DNA of 64,000 nucleotides from Bacteroidaceae bacterium (GCA_017466325.1 JAFTUK010000007.1:11315-75314); one strand, 5' to 3'. Shown: positions 47,818 to 58,228, numbered from the stretch's first letter. Program-made: numbers and translations. The notes: a model not told the origin generated them from the letters alone.

Positions 47818-48396
47818 ATGAAAAAGATACCATTCATACTACTGCTGGCGGCAATGATGCTGACCCTCACGTCTTGGAAAACGGAAAACGGAAAACGGAA
47901 AACGGAAAACTCATCCGTTCACCGCTCACCGCTCACCACTCACCTCTCGCCGTTCACCGCTCACCGCTCACCGTTCACTATCCCATCAGACACCACCAAG
48001 TCCGCCAAGGATACCACCAAGACACGCAAGGCTTATCCGCAAACAGCCCAGGACACCTCTGTGGCATACACGGACACTTTGAGCGAGGTTAGCGTGAAGG
48101 CCGACAAGAACCTGCGTGTTGTGGATGTCATAAACAAGTCCCTGAAAAACGGTCTTACACAACCGCGCCAGAAAGGTATCTCCGACATCATAGGCGAAAA
48201 GGCCAACGACTACATCATGCACCCCTTTGCGTGGCGCGAACGACGCAAGGAAAAGAACCTGAAGAAAGCCAAGGAGAACATCCAGAAACTGGATGCCGCC
48301 AAGACCTACGAAGACGAACTCACCGAAGCCATCAACCGCCAGTTGCGCGAGGACTCTATTGCTGCAGCAAAGAAGAAGATGGGAGAGAGGAAGTAA
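47818..48396 (+). CDS. Hypothetical exported protein whose N-terminal region is encoded by tandem 7-bp repeats
   Basis: Signal-like MKKIPFILLLAAMMLTLTSW. Residues ~20-55 are encoded by (GAAAACG)x4 and (CACCGCT)n at 47876-47976. Confidence 0.5.
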   Translation: MKKIPFILLLAAMMLTLTSWKTENGKRKTENSSVHRSPLTTHLSPFTAHRSPFTIPSDTTKSAKDTTKTRKAYPQTAQDTSVAYTDTLSEVSVKADKNLRVVDVINKSLKNGLTQPRQKGISDIIGEKANDYIMHPFAWRERRKEKNLKKAKENIQKLDAAKTYEDELTEAINRQLREDSIAAAKKKMGERK

Positions 48397-48445
48397 ACCT
48401 TGCCATAATGCAAAGTGATATTACTTTAAAGTCGCTTCCTTTTGA

Positions 48446-50008
48446 CTAAAGAGTAGTTGGGGATTGAGGACTCCTTGCTATGTTCCAACATAAACAATGC
48501 AATGCCCCACCTTCTTTCACTATATCAGACATCTCTATTTGGTGTACTTCGCAATCGGGAAAAGCCTCGTGAACATATCTTAGGGCTATGGAATCCTCCT
48601 CTATGTTGAATTTAGGCATGATTATCTTGTTCCCGACTTGAAGAAAGTTGATGTAGGCCCAATTATATTCCTCTTTCGGGCATGCAACCTTATCCTTGAA
48701 ACGTATCTCCGTCACAATAAAGCCGTATCCCTCAAGAATATGTCTTATGGCATCCGCCTCCTCTGGATAACAATCTCCATGATTACCCATAAGAATTCGG
48801 TTACCTCCGCACCATTTTATAAAACCATCGGAATGTCCATATTTGTCTGTATCGTCGGAATCAAAATCTCCATGTAGAGTCCATGGTATTATTATGACAG
48901 GATGTCCCAACTCCATTTCCAACCTTGATTTGAATACAGCATCACCTTTCGCATGACCGTTTTCTGTGAAGACCTTATCTGTCATTACTACATAAGGACC
49001 ACAAGGAACCATGTTGCCGCCATCAATCACAAGCTTTGTGGAACGACAATTTATCCCCATTCCTTGCAATACTTTCGCACAATCGGTTATTGTGTCCTTG
49101 TCTTTGGGGTTCTTGCTTCTAACAAGATAATCAGGATAGTATCTGTACTTTACATATTCATTTCTTCCCATTTGTATTGGCATATAGTCGCGTGCCCAAT
49201 AATCGGACGTGCCTTTCAATTCTTTAACCTTTATACCAATCCCTTTAAATAAATCCGTCAATCTTTCATAGAAGTCTTTATGCCCTTCCTTTTCATCCAT
49301 TAGCCATTTAGAAAGATACACCTCATCGGTATCTCTATCATGCATAAGAGAATCGCATCGTATGAATCTATATGGCTTTCCCATGAAGCGAGAAAAGTCT
49401 TCGCAAAGAACAGACCTGTCTGGATGCTCATCATAATTAGAAAGAATATAGTCTACCTTAGACGGAATGCTTTGTTTTCCTCTAATCAACCGGATACGCT
49501 CTCCTTTCAAATAAGCGGACATACCACTATTGTACTCTACTATTAGAGGTTGGCACGTGCTTTGGTTAATTGCGTCAAAACATCTGAATAATTCTGCACA
49601 AGCCCAAGGACCATCAAGCGTCTCACTTCCATCAATGCTAACAAGTTGACGTATTAATATTCCACCGAAAAAAGCCTTGTCATCCAAAACGAATTTTGTC
49701 TTGGACTTGCCTTTAACATCCTTTTCTCTAATAGCTATATTACTACCAAAATTAAGATCAATACCACCGAAGTCATTTACATACCAATACAAGGCCTTGG
49801 ATAAACGTGGATGGGTTATAATATCGCGATGAAGATTATTATAGAAGTAGAATTCTATTTCCTTGAATAAATATTTCTTTGTCCCTTTTTGTATGGCAAA
49901 ATCATTGAATAAGGCCAATGCTATTTCTTTGAAACGCTCCTCTATTTGAGTGGAATTCATTTCTGCACCGATATTCAGCAGTGCTCTCAATTTTTCTGTT
50001 TTGCTCAT
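48446..50008 (-). CDS. Fusion protein: uncharacterised (possibly AAG/Mpg-like) N-terminal domain + agmatine deiminase/PAD-type guanidino-modifying domain
   Basis: The C-terminal half has YWARDYMP, LVIDGGNMV, GHSDGFIKW, AYINFLQVGNKIIMPKF and a terminal GGALHCLCWNI with the catalytic-Cys signature. The N-terminal ~190 aa are discussed in the findings. Confidence 0.7.
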   Translation of the reverse strand: MSKTEKLRALLNIGAEMNSTQIEERFKEIALALFNDFAIQKGTKKYLFKEIEFYFYNNLHRDIITHPRLSKALYWYVNDFGGIDLNFGSNIAIREKDVKGKSKTKFVLDDKAFFGGILIRQLVSIDGSETLDGPWACAELFRCFDAINQSTCQPLIVEYNSGMSAYLKGERIRLIRGKQSIPSKVDYILSNYDEHPDRSVLCEDFSRFMGKPYRFIRCDSLMHDRDTDEVYLSKWLMDEKEGHKDFYERLTDLFKGIGIKVKELKGTSDYWARDYMPIQMGRNEYVKYRYYPDYLVRSKNPKDKDTITDCAKVLQGMGINCRSTKLVIDGGNMVPCGPYVVMTDKVFTENGHAKGDAVFKSRLEMELGHPVIIIPWTLHGDFDSDDTDKYGHSDGFIKWCGGNRILMGNHGDCYPEEADAIRHILEGYGFIVTEIRFKDKVACPKEEYNWAYINFLQVGNKIIMPKFNIEEDSIALRYVHEAFPDCEVHQIEMSDIVKEGGALHCLCWNIARSPQSPTTL

Positions 50009-50016
50009 GGTATTAA

Positions 50017-50220
50017 CTAACGTGAGTTCGACGAAATATAACTGCTTATAAATTTGGCGATTAGCGAAAATTGTTGTGTCTTTATAGTGCTCAATTACAA
50101 AGTATTACAAACAATAATCGCTATGCTCACCGAGGACAAAGTTACAGAATTATTTTTTATGGCAGATGAATTTTGCAAGTTTTTTGACTGGATGATGGCA
50201 GGATTGTCATCTCTTTAGTC
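50017..50220 (+). mobile_element. IS982-family left-end remnant (second copy)
   Basis: taacgtgagttcgacgaaatataactgcttataaat.. is homologous to the reverse complement of 19925-20033. It encodes MLTEDKVTELFFMADEFCKFFDWMMAG and then stops. Confidence 0.55.
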
Positions 50221-50400
50221 GCTTCTCGGTTACAATGGAATCCCATTGCACACTCTAAGCGGAAAACATCTGTTCAAAAACAAAGGAGATTATCATTATA
50301 ACGCAGGGAGCGATTTGGGATTATCGGCTGATTTGTGAACAGCAAATGGTTTTTCTATCGTTTTTTGTCCTGGCATCCTTATAAATCAGGATTTTTTATG

Positions 50401-50408
50401 TAACTTTG
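50401..50408 (+). promoter_or_regulatory. Candidate -7 box (TAACTTTG) for leuS
   Basis: TAnnTTTG match 26 nt upstream of the ATG. Confidence 0.4.
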
Positions 50409-50433
50409 TACCAAAATAAATATCCGAATAATA

Positions 50434-53274
50434 ATGAGAGACTACGATTTCAGAAAGATTGAAGAGAAGTGGCGTGCCCAGTGGGTTGCCAACAAGACAT
50501 ACCACGTGGAAGAGGACGAGAAGAAGGAGAAATTCTACGTCCTGAACATGTTCCCCTACCCCAGCGGTGCGGGGTTGCACGTGGGACATCCCCTGGGCTA
50601 CATAGCCAGCGACATATATGCACGCTTCAAGCGCCAGCAGGGCTACAATGTGCTGAACCCCATGGGCTATGACTCATACGGCCTGCCTGCCGAGCAGTAT
50701 GCCATACAGACAGGACAGCACCCCGAGAAGACCACCTTCCAGAATATTGACCGCTACCGCGAGCAGTTGGACAAGATAGGCTTCTGCTTCGACTGGGACC
50801 GCGAGGTGCGCACCTGTGCCCCCGGTTACTACCACTGGACACAGTGGGCCTTCCAGAAGATGTTCAACTCATACTTCGACACCTCACTTGGCAAGGCTCA
50901 GCCCATAGACCTGCTGATTGCCCGTTTCGAGTCAAAAGGCACAGAGGGAATCACTGCCTCCTGCACCGACGAACTCTCGTTCACGGCAGAGGAGTGGAAG
51001 GCAATGAGCGAGCAGGATAAGAGCCAGACGCTGATGAACTACCGCATAGCCTTCCTGGGCGAAACGATGGTGAACTGGTGCCCCAAGTTGGGCACGGTGC
51101 TGGCCAACGATGAGGTTATCGACGGTGTGAGCGAGCGTGGCGGATACCCCGTGGAGCAGAAGAAGATGCGCCAGTGGTGCCTGCGTGTCAGCGCATACGC
51201 CCAGCGCCTGCTGGACGGCTTGCAGACAATAGAGTGGAGCGAGAGCATAAAGGAGACACAGAAGAACTGGATAGGCCGAAGCGAGGGTGCCGAGGTGCAG
51301 ATAAAGGTGGCAGACAGTGACATAGACTTCACCATCTTCACCACACGTGCCGATACCATGTTCGGCGTAACCTTCTTCGTGCTGGCACCCGAGAGCGAAC
51401 TGGTGGCCAGACTTACCACCGAGGAGCAGAAAGAGGAGGTGGACAAGTACCTGACCTACGTGAAGAGCCGCACCGAGCGCGAGCGCATGATTGACCACAC
51501 GGTTACCGGCGTGTTCTCCGGTTCATACGGCATCAATCCCATTACCGGCGACAAGTGCCCCATCTACATTGCAGAATACGTGCTTTCGGGCTATGGTACC
51601 GGTGCCATTATGGCGGTGCCTGCCCACGACTCACGCGACTATGCCTTCGCGCGCCACTTCAACCTGCCCATCATCCCATTGGTGGAGGGTGCCGACGTGA
51701 GCGAGGAGAGTTACGATGCCAAGGAGGGCATAGTGATGAACTCTCCCATGGAGGGCAAGACTTCCTTCAAGGGCTTCAGCCTGAACGGCCTGACCGTGAA
51801 GGAGGCCATAGAGGCAACGAAGAAGTTTGTCAGCGAGAACGGTCTCGGACGCGTGAAGGTGAACTTCCGTCTGCGCGATGCCATATTCTCACGCCAGCGC
51901 TACTGGGGCGAACCCTTCCCCGTGTACTACAAGCAGGGCATACCCTGCATGATTCCCGAGGAGTGCCTGCCCGTGGAACTTCCCCAGGTGGAGAACTTCC
52001 TGCCCACAGAGAGCGGCGAACCTCCTCTGGGCAATGCACAACTCTGGGCCTGGGACGAGGCTAACCGCAAGATTGTGGACAAGGCCCTCATCGACGAGAA
52101 AACAGTATTCCCCATAGAACTCTTCACCATGCCCGGCTTTGCCGGTTCCAGCGCTTATTACCTGCGCTACATGGACCCCAACAACGGCAAGGCTCTGGTA
52201 AGCGAGGAGAATGCCAACTACTGGCAGAACGTGGACCTCTACGTTGGAGGCAGCGAGCATGCCACCGGCCACCTCATCTACTCCCGCTTCTGGAACAAGT
52301 TCCTCTTCGACCTGGGTATCAGCAAGAAGGAAGAACCCTTCCAGAAACTCATCAACCAGGGTATGATTCAGGGACGAAGCAACTTCGTCTACCGCATAAA
52401 GGACACCAACACCTTCGTAAGCCTGGGTCTCAAGGACCAGTACGAGACAACACCCATCCACGTGGACGTGAACATAGTGAAGAACGACGTTCTGGATGTG
52501 GAGGCCTTCAAGGCATGGCGCCCCGAATACGAGACCGCCGAATTCATCCTGGAGGACGACAAGTACATCTGCGGATGGGCCGTGGAGAAGATGTCCAAGA
52601 GCATGTTCAACGTGGTGAACCCCGACATGATAGTGGAGCGCTACGGTGCCGACACCCTGCGCCTGTATGAAATGTTCCTGGGCCCCGTGGAGCAGAGCAA
52701 GCCCTGGGACACCAACGGCATAGACGGATGCCACCGCTTCCTGAAGAAGTTCTGGCAACTGTTCTGGGACAAGGACGGCAACCTACAGGTAGACGCCTCA
52801 GAGCCTACGGCTGACAACATGAAGTCCCTGCACAAACTCATCAAGAAGGTGACGGCCGACATAGAGGAGTTCTCCTACAACACCTCCATATCCGCCTTCA
52901 TGGTGGCAACCAACGAACTCACCGCACAGAAATGCCGAAGCCGCGAGGTGCTGGAGAAGATGGTTGCACTGATTTCACCCTTCGCACCCCACGTGGCAGA
53001 GGAACTCTGGGAGGCTCTGGGCAAGGATGGAAGCGTATGCGACGCCGCATGGCCCGAGTTTGACGAAAAGTACCTCGTTGAGAGCAGCGTTCAGTTGGGC
53101 GTACAGTTCAACGGCAAGGTACGCTTTGCCATGCAGTTCCCCGCCGATGCCACACCGGAGGAGATGGTGCAGATGGCACTCTCCGCACCCGAAGCACAGA
53201 AACATCTGGAGGGCAAGCAGATAGTGAAGACCATAGCAGTGCCCAAGCGTATCGTAAACATAGTGGTAAAGTAA
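50434..53274 (+). CDS. leuS: Leucine--tRNA ligase
   Basis: HVGHP (HIGH) and KMSKS motifs. 946 aa. Confidence 0.95.
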   Translation: MRDYDFRKIEEKWRAQWVANKTYHVEEDEKKEKFYVLNMFPYPSGAGLHVGHPLGYIASDIYARFKRQQGYNVLNPMGYDSYGLPAEQYAIQTGQHPEKTTFQNIDRYREQLDKIGFCFDWDREVRTCAPGYYHWTQWAFQKMFNSYFDTSLGKAQPIDLLIARFESKGTEGITASCTDELSFTAEEWKAMSEQDKSQTLMNYRIAFLGETMVNWCPKLGTVLANDEVIDGVSERGGYPVEQKKMRQWCLRVSAYAQRLLDGLQTIEWSESIKETQKNWIGRSEGAEVQIKVADSDIDFTIFTTRADTMFGVTFFVLAPESELVARLTTEEQKEEVDKYLTYVKSRTERERMIDHTVTGVFSGSYGINPITGDKCPIYIAEYVLSGYGTGAIMAVPAHDSRDYAFARHFNLPIIPLVEGADVSEESYDAKEGIVMNSPMEGKTSFKGFSLNGLTVKEAIEATKKFVSENGLGRVKVNFRLRDAIFSRQRYWGEPFPVYYKQGIPCMIPEECLPVELPQVENFLPTESGEPPLGNAQLWAWDEANRKIVDKALIDEKTVFPIELFTMPGFAGSSAYYLRYMDPNNGKALVSEENANYWQNVDLYVGGSEHATGHLIYSRFWNKFLFDLGISKKEEPFQKLINQGMIQGRSNFVYRIKDTNTFVSLGLKDQYETTPIHVDVNIVKNDVLDVEAFKAWRPEYETAEFILEDDKYICGWAVEKMSKSMFNVVNPDMIVERYGADTLRLYEMFLGPVEQSKPWDTNGIDGCHRFLKKFWQLFWDKDGNLQVDASEPTADNMKSLHKLIKKVTADIEEFSYNTSISAFMVATNELTAQKCRSREVLEKMVALISPFAPHVAEELWEALGKDGSVCDAAWPEFDEKYLVESSVQLGVQFNGKVRFAMQFPADATPEEMVQMALSAPEAQKHLEGKQIVKTIAVPKRIVNIVVK

Positions 53275-53298
53275 GATTAACACACACAAACCTGTCTT

Positions 53299-54234
53299 AT
53301 GAAGACAAAGATCACCCTGGCCGAGCAGCGGGAGAAACTACAAGGCCGCCTACGCAAGTATCACATCCTTGACCTCATAAAGGATTTGATTTTCATAAAC
53401 CTCGGTATGGCCATCTACGACGTGGGATGGGCCTTGTTCCTCCTACCCTACAAGATCACTACCGGCGGTGGTGCCGGTCTGTGCGCCATCGTCCAATACG
53501 CCACAGGTATACCCATGCAATACAGCCTGCTCGTGGTAAATGCGCTGTTGCTCCTGCTGGCATGGTGGCAACTGGGGCCTAAGTTTACGCTGAAGACCCT
53601 TTATGCCGTGCTGTCGCTCACTTTCTATCTGGAAATAGGACAGGACATAGTTTCCGACCAGGCAAACGGTCTGTGGCAGGTGCTCGGCGAGAACCAGGAG
53701 GGCATGGCATGCATCCTGGGCGCCACACTCAACGGCATAGGCATAGGCATGGTGTTCATGAGTGGCGGAAGCACCGGAGGCTGGGACATACCTGCATCCA
53801 TCATCAACAAGTACAAGAACGTGAGCATAGGCCGAGTGCTGCTGTACCTCGACCTCTTCGTCATAGGCAGTTGCTACTTCCTGTTCCATAGCTGGCAGAT
53901 GGTGGTATTCGGCTATGTCACCCTTGTGGTCTACACCTTTGCCGTGGATGCCATGATAAACTCATCCAAGCAGGACATCCAGTTCACCATCTACACAAAG
54001 CACAACGACCTCATGGTGGAAAGTATACGCACCCATACAGGACATACGGCCACGCTACTCTTCGCCGAGGGCGGATTCACTCACAACCAGATGAAAGTAG
54101 TGGTGACCATAGTGCACAAGAGCGAACAGGTGGAAATGTTGCGCCTGATACGCGACACCGACCCCGATGCCTTCGTCACCTTCCACCGCGTAGAAGGAGC
54201 CTTCGGCAAGGGATTCAACGTTATAAAAGCATAA
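53299..54234 (+). CDS. YitT-family membrane protein (DUF2179 C-terminal domain)
   Basis: Polytopic N-terminus plus C-terminal ..TIVHKSEQVEMLRLIRDTDPDAFVTFHRVEGAFGKGF. Confidence 0.8.
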   Translation: MKTKITLAEQREKLQGRLRKYHILDLIKDLIFINLGMAIYDVGWALFLLPYKITTGGGAGLCAIVQYATGIPMQYSLLVVNALLLLLAWWQLGPKFTLKTLYAVLSLTFYLEIGQDIVSDQANGLWQVLGENQEGMACILGATLNGIGIGMVFMSGGSTGGWDIPASIINKYKNVSIGRVLLYLDLFVIGSCYFLFHSWQMVVFGYVTLVVYTFAVDAMINSSKQDIQFTIYTKHNDLMVESIRTHTGHTATLLFAEGGFTHNQMKVVVTIVHKSEQVEMLRLIRDTDPDAFVTFHRVEGAFGKGFNVIKA

Positions 54235-54324
54235 GTACAAACTGAAATCTGCGGATAAGCGAGAGCAGAGAAAATGTATTTACTCTGCCGAGCGGGAGCA
54301 GATTCAAGACCGCGAAGCGGGATT

Positions 54325-54400
54325 AAAACGGAAAACTAACCTTATCGCTCGCTAATCCGCTCATCTGCTAACCGCTCACCGCAAATCCACGAACAATTCA
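54325..54400. repeat. GAAAACGGAAA / CCGCTCACC repeat copy
   Basis: aaaacggaaaacta..ccgctcatctgctaaccgctcaccg. Confidence 0.55.
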
Positions 54401-54424
54401 CCGTTAACCCTTAAAATAAGCCAT

Positions 54425-55318
54425 ATGGAGAAGATTACTATGCATGATATCATTCCTTCCAGCAAGGACCTGTTTCTCATGGCATCGGGCCTGCTTATAT
54501 TTGCCATCGGATACTCATGCTTCATCCTGCCCTACGAGATGACCAGCGGAGGTGTTTCCGGTATAGGCGCACTGATATTCTATGTCAGCGGTTTCCCTCC
54601 CTCCTATACCTACTTCATAGTAAACGTGGCACTGCTTCTCTTTGCCCTAAAGATACTTGGCCTGAAGTACACGGTAAAGACCCTGATTGCCACAGCTATG
54701 GTGTCTCTGTTCATTGACTTGGGCCAACGTCTGGTACCTGTAGACGAAATGGGTAACATGTACAAGATGGTGGGTGAAGAGAAGTTCATGGCATGTGTGC
54801 TTGGCGGACTCACTGAAGGCCTCGGCCTCGGCCTCGTATTCCAGTCTGGAGGCAGTACCGGAGGTTCGGACATCATAGCCTCCATCATAAACAAGTACAA
54901 ACCTATAAGCTTGGGACGCGCCCTGCTAATGGTGGACATCTTCATCGTGGGCATGAACTGGTTCGTCATCCGCGATATGGAAACCCTGGTAATGAGTTAC
55001 TGCATGATGTTCATTGCCATCAACATGGTTGACTATGTCGTCAACGGCGCACGCCAGAGCGTACAGTTCATCATCGTTTCCGATAAGTACGAGGAGATAG
55101 CCACGCGCATAAACCACGATCTGCAAAGAGGCTGTACCATCCTGGATGGTCATGGATGGTACAGCAAGCAAAAGAAACCTGTACTGCTCGTTCTGGCCAA
55201 GAAATTCGAGCGCAAGGATATCTTCGACCTTATTCACAGAGTAGACCCCAAAGCCTTCGTCTCCATGTCCAATGTGGAAGGCGTCTTCGGCGAAGGTTTT
55301 GACCCCATTAAAAAGTGA
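54425..55318 (+). CDS. YitT-family membrane protein (paralog)
   Basis: Same architecture as the upstream gene, with C-terminal ..LVLAKKFERKDIFDLIHRVDPKAFVSMSNVEGVFGEGF. Confidence 0.8.
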   Translation: MEKITMHDIIPSSKDLFLMASGLLIFAIGYSCFILPYEMTSGGVSGIGALIFYVSGFPPSYTYFIVNVALLLFALKILGLKYTVKTLIATAMVSLFIDLGQRLVPVDEMGNMYKMVGEEKFMACVLGGLTEGLGLGLVFQSGGSTGGSDIIASIINKYKPISLGRALLMVDIFIVGMNWFVIRDMETLVMSYCMMFIAINMVDYVVNGARQSVQFIIVSDKYEEIATRINHDLQRGCTILDGHGWYSKQKKPVLLVLAKKFERKDIFDLIHRVDPKAFVSMSNVEGVFGEGFDPIKK

Positions 55319-55424
55319 AAACGGAAAGGTGAAAACGGAAAACTAAGAATGATTTCCGTTTTCACCTTTCATCTTTCACCTTTCCGTTTTCCGTTTTTAG
55401 ATTTCCGTTTTCCGTTTTCCGTTT
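55316..55424. repeat. GAAAACGGAAA-type palindromic repeat cluster
   Basis: gtgaaaacggaaaggtgaaaacggaaaact..atttccgttttcacctttc..tttccgttttccgttt fills the whole YitT-rdgB spacer. Confidence 0.75.
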
Positions 55425-55431
55425 AATTAGT

Positions 55432-56043
55432 ATGGTATTCGCGACAAACAACGAACACAAACTGCGCGAGATACGTCAGATACTCGGTTCGCAGATAGAG
55501 ATACAATCCTTGGCCGAAATAGGTTGCACAGAGGAGATTCCCGAAGACAGCGACACACTGGAGGGCAATGCCCTGCAGAAAGCACGCTATGTGGCAGAGA
55601 AATACGGCGTGGACTGCTTTGCCGACGACACTGGCCTCCATGTCGATGCGCTGGATGGCGCACCCGGAGTATACACTGCCCGTTTCGGCACCATGAACGG
55701 ATATGGCGACAGCCACGACTCCACCGCCAATATCCGTTGCCTCCTAGCCAAGATGGAAGGCAAGGAAAACCGTACCTGCCGTTTCCGCACCGTCATAGCA
55801 CTGGTAAGGCATACTACAAAGTCAGGCAACTCAGAACCCGAACTTGAAGAACACCTCTTCGAAGGCATAGTGGAGGGTAGGGTAGTACATGAACTCCGTG
55901 GCGAGAACGGTTTCGGCTACGACCCTGTCTTTGAAGTTGAGGAAAGTGGTCTCACCTTCGCAGAAATGGGTCCAGAAGGCAAGAATGCCGTTTCTCACCG
56001 CGCCCGTGCCGTTGCCCGCCTGGCAGAGTTCCTGCTGGGATAA
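55432..56043 (+). CDS. rdgB: Non-canonical purine NTP pyrophosphatase (RdgB/HAM1)
   Basis: VFATNNEHKLREI and FGYDPVF. Confidence 0.9.
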   Translation: MVFATNNEHKLREIRQILGSQIEIQSLAEIGCTEEIPEDSDTLEGNALQKARYVAEKYGVDCFADDTGLHVDALDGAPGVYTARFGTMNGYGDSHDSTANIRCLLAKMEGKENRTCRFRTVIALVRHTTKSGNSEPELEEHLFEGIVEGRVVHELRGENGFGYDPVFEVEESGLTFAEMGPEGKNAVSHRARAVARLAEFLLG

Positions 56044-56197
56044 AGGAATTAGGCATTTAGCACCTTTTTGTCCCTATATCCCTGCTAAAACGATACCCAA
56101 TCCCAAATAGATCATTGGCATTATGATGATAATAGCATCATTAGCACGTATATCTACTGAGCGATTTGGGATTGTGCTATGGGAAGTCTGAAAATGC

Positions 56198-56274
56198 CCT
56201 CGGTGGCGGTAAAATAAATCGCCAGTGGCCGTTCGTCTCACCGCCACTGGCGGTAAACTTTATCGCCACCGAGG
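56198..56274. repeat. Compound palindrome between convergent genes
   Basis: cctcggtggcg-gtaaaataaat-cgccagtggc .. gccactggcg-gtaaactttat-cgccaccgagg. Confidence 0.65.
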
Positions 56275-56365
56275 ACTAAACGTGGATTTCTGGAAGATAG
56301 ATGACATGCATCCTAAGCAGTAGGGTAGGACGCATGGTATAGAGAGGGCAAAAAATGCCCCAGCT

Positions 56366-56482
56366 CTATTTTGCAGGAACACACAAGTAGAGGAATAACC
56401 CTGCCACAAGCAGGACTACTATTGCCATGGCCATGATGCCCCACATGAAGGACAGGTTGGCTTTGCTTGCTTTTCGTCTCAT
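56366..56482 (-). CDS. Possible 38-aa single-pass membrane peptide
   Basis: Manual translation gives MRRKASKANLSFMWGIMAMAIVVLLVAGLFLYLCVPAK. It lies just downstream of the peptidase gene stop. It is below the ORF-track cutoff and speculative. Confidence 0.25.
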   Translation of the reverse strand: MRRKASKANLSFMWGIMAMAIVVLLVAGLFLYLCVPAK

Positions 56483-56501
56483 AGATATTTAGGTGTAAAA
56501 A

Positions 56502-58163
56502 CTAATTTTCCGCTGATTTCAGGATGGAGTGATATGCTTTGGTGTCACGCAACAGTTTTACGGCACTACGGTACACCTTGTCCTTGGGAATAGAATGGCG
56601 GATACTGCCCTGTTGGTGGTAGTATCTGATGATTATCTCGCTCTCCAGATATGGCATGATGTGCTTACGCATGCGCTGCAGGTCCTTGTGAATATCCGGC
56701 GCAAACTTGGCCTCCAAGGCCTTCATTTCGTCCTCGGCATCCTCCAGATAACCTTCCATGTCCGCAACACGGCGCAGGAGCTGCATCACCTCGTCCGAAC
56801 GGCGGTTGTAGGTAAACTTGGACTCCTCCACATACTTGCAGAAAGCATCATATAGACTGTCAGTGACCTGGAACTTTCCAGGTGCATCTATGGCGGGATG
56901 GCTGTTGGCAAAGTCCGTAGCCCAGTCAAAGAAGATATCGCTCTGCACGAGATCATATATCATGGTGGGCAGAGTGTCGTTCAGTATTACACTGTCCGGC
57001 TGAATGCCACCTCCGTCGGTAACAGGGCGTCCGGCCTTGGTGTAGAATGTGTTGCGCAGGGAGTCGGGGATAATCTTGGAACTGCCGTCGTGGTTGTATT
57101 CGTGTGCCTGGATACAACGGCCAGAGGGGATGTAATAACGGCCAGTGGTAATCTTCAGTTCCCCACGATAGGGAACGTCGCGTATGGCCTGTACCAAGCC
57201 CTTGCCAAACGTACGGGTACCCATGATGACGGCACGGTCCATATCCTGCAAGGCTCCGCTTACTATCTCAGAAGAAGAGGCCGACATGCCGTTTACCAGC
57301 ACCACCAGTGGCATATCGGGGGCTATAGGGTCTGTGGTGGTGGAGTATTCGTGATTCATGGATGCCTGCTTGCCTTTGGTATAGACTACCTTCACTCCTT
57401 TGGGCAGAAACAGGTTCGTTATATCCACCGCTTCGTTAATGGCACCGCCCACATTGTCGCGGATGTCCAGCACAAGGCTCTTTGCCCCCTGCGACATGAG
57501 CTGCAGCAAGGCATGGCGCATCTCGCGTGCGCAACCCGATGTGAAACTATTCAGGTTTATGTAACCTACACCGTCGTCCATAATTCCATAATAAGGTATG
57601 GCAGGCAATTGGATAGTGCGGCGCGTAATATGTACGGTACGGGGATTCTTCTCACCCGGGCGCTGGAAACGAAGTTCAAGCGTAGTACCGGCCTCGCCAC
57701 GCAGCATCTCCGTCACCTTTGTGGGCATCATGCCTTTGATGTCCTTGCCGTCTACTGTCAGGATAATATCACCTGCCCTTAAACCTGCATCCTGACTGGG
57801 AGTATTGGCATACGGTTCGTCTATCACCACACGGTCGTGCTTCTTGTGATAACGTATGATACTGCCTATGCCGGCATATTTGCCTGTAGCCATCTGGCGC
57901 AGGTCTTCATTGTCGGCAGGGTAGTAGCCAGTAAAGGGGTCCACCTTCATGAGCATACCGTCAATGGCCCAACGGATAACGGTGTCAGCAGCAAGAGTAT
58001 CCACATAGAAAAGGTCCAGTGCCTTGTATATCTCATTGAATATCTCCAGGTTCCTGGCTACCTTGGAATTGTGGTTCTCTACTACCTGCGCACTGGCGGT
58101 TATGCCCGTACCTGCCGAAAGCAGGAGTGCGGCAACAAGAAAAAACTGGCGTATAATCTTCAT
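56502..58163 (-). CDS. S41-family carboxy-terminal processing peptidase
   Basis: Signal peptide, PDZ-like region, LVNGMSASSSEIVSGALQD and RTFGKGLVQ. Confidence 0.85.
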   Translation of the reverse strand: MKIIRQFFLVAALLLSAGTGITASAQVVENHNSKVARNLEIFNEIYKALDLFYVDTLAADTVIRWAIDGMLMKVDPFTGYYPADNEDLRQMATGKYAGIGSIIRYHKKHDRVVIDEPYANTPSQDAGLRAGDIILTVDGKDIKGMMPTKVTEMLRGEAGTTLELRFQRPGEKNPRTVHITRRTIQLPAIPYYGIMDDGVGYINLNSFTSGCAREMRHALLQLMSQGAKSLVLDIRDNVGGAINEAVDITNLFLPKGVKVVYTKGKQASMNHEYSTTTDPIAPDMPLVVLVNGMSASSSEIVSGALQDMDRAVIMGTRTFGKGLVQAIRDVPYRGELKITTGRYYIPSGRCIQAHEYNHDGSSKIIPDSLRNTFYTKAGRPVTDGGGIQPDSVILNDTLPTMIYDLVQSDIFFDWATDFANSHPAIDAPGKFQVTDSLYDAFCKYVEESKFTYNRRSDEVMQLLRRVADMEGYLEDAEDEMKALEAKFAPDIHKDLQRMRKHIMPYLESEIIIRYYHQQGSIRHSIPKDKVYRSAVKLLRDTKAYHSILKSAEN

Positions 58164-58228
58164 AATTCATAATTCCGCTCCCAATAAAGAGAGAGCGGAC
58201 ATTTATATGCTAAAACAATGATGTACGG

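Noticed and set aside
47876-47976. CRISPR array
   Set aside because: The repeats here and at 55316-55424 are 7-11-bp units with no unique spacers of 25-40 bp, and no cas genes are in the window.
50017-50125. Outward-facing consensus promoter in the IS982-like end
   Set aside because: The conserved aatactttgta is one position off the TAnnTTTG -7 consensus. I therefore did not annotate a promoter and left it as a testable idea.
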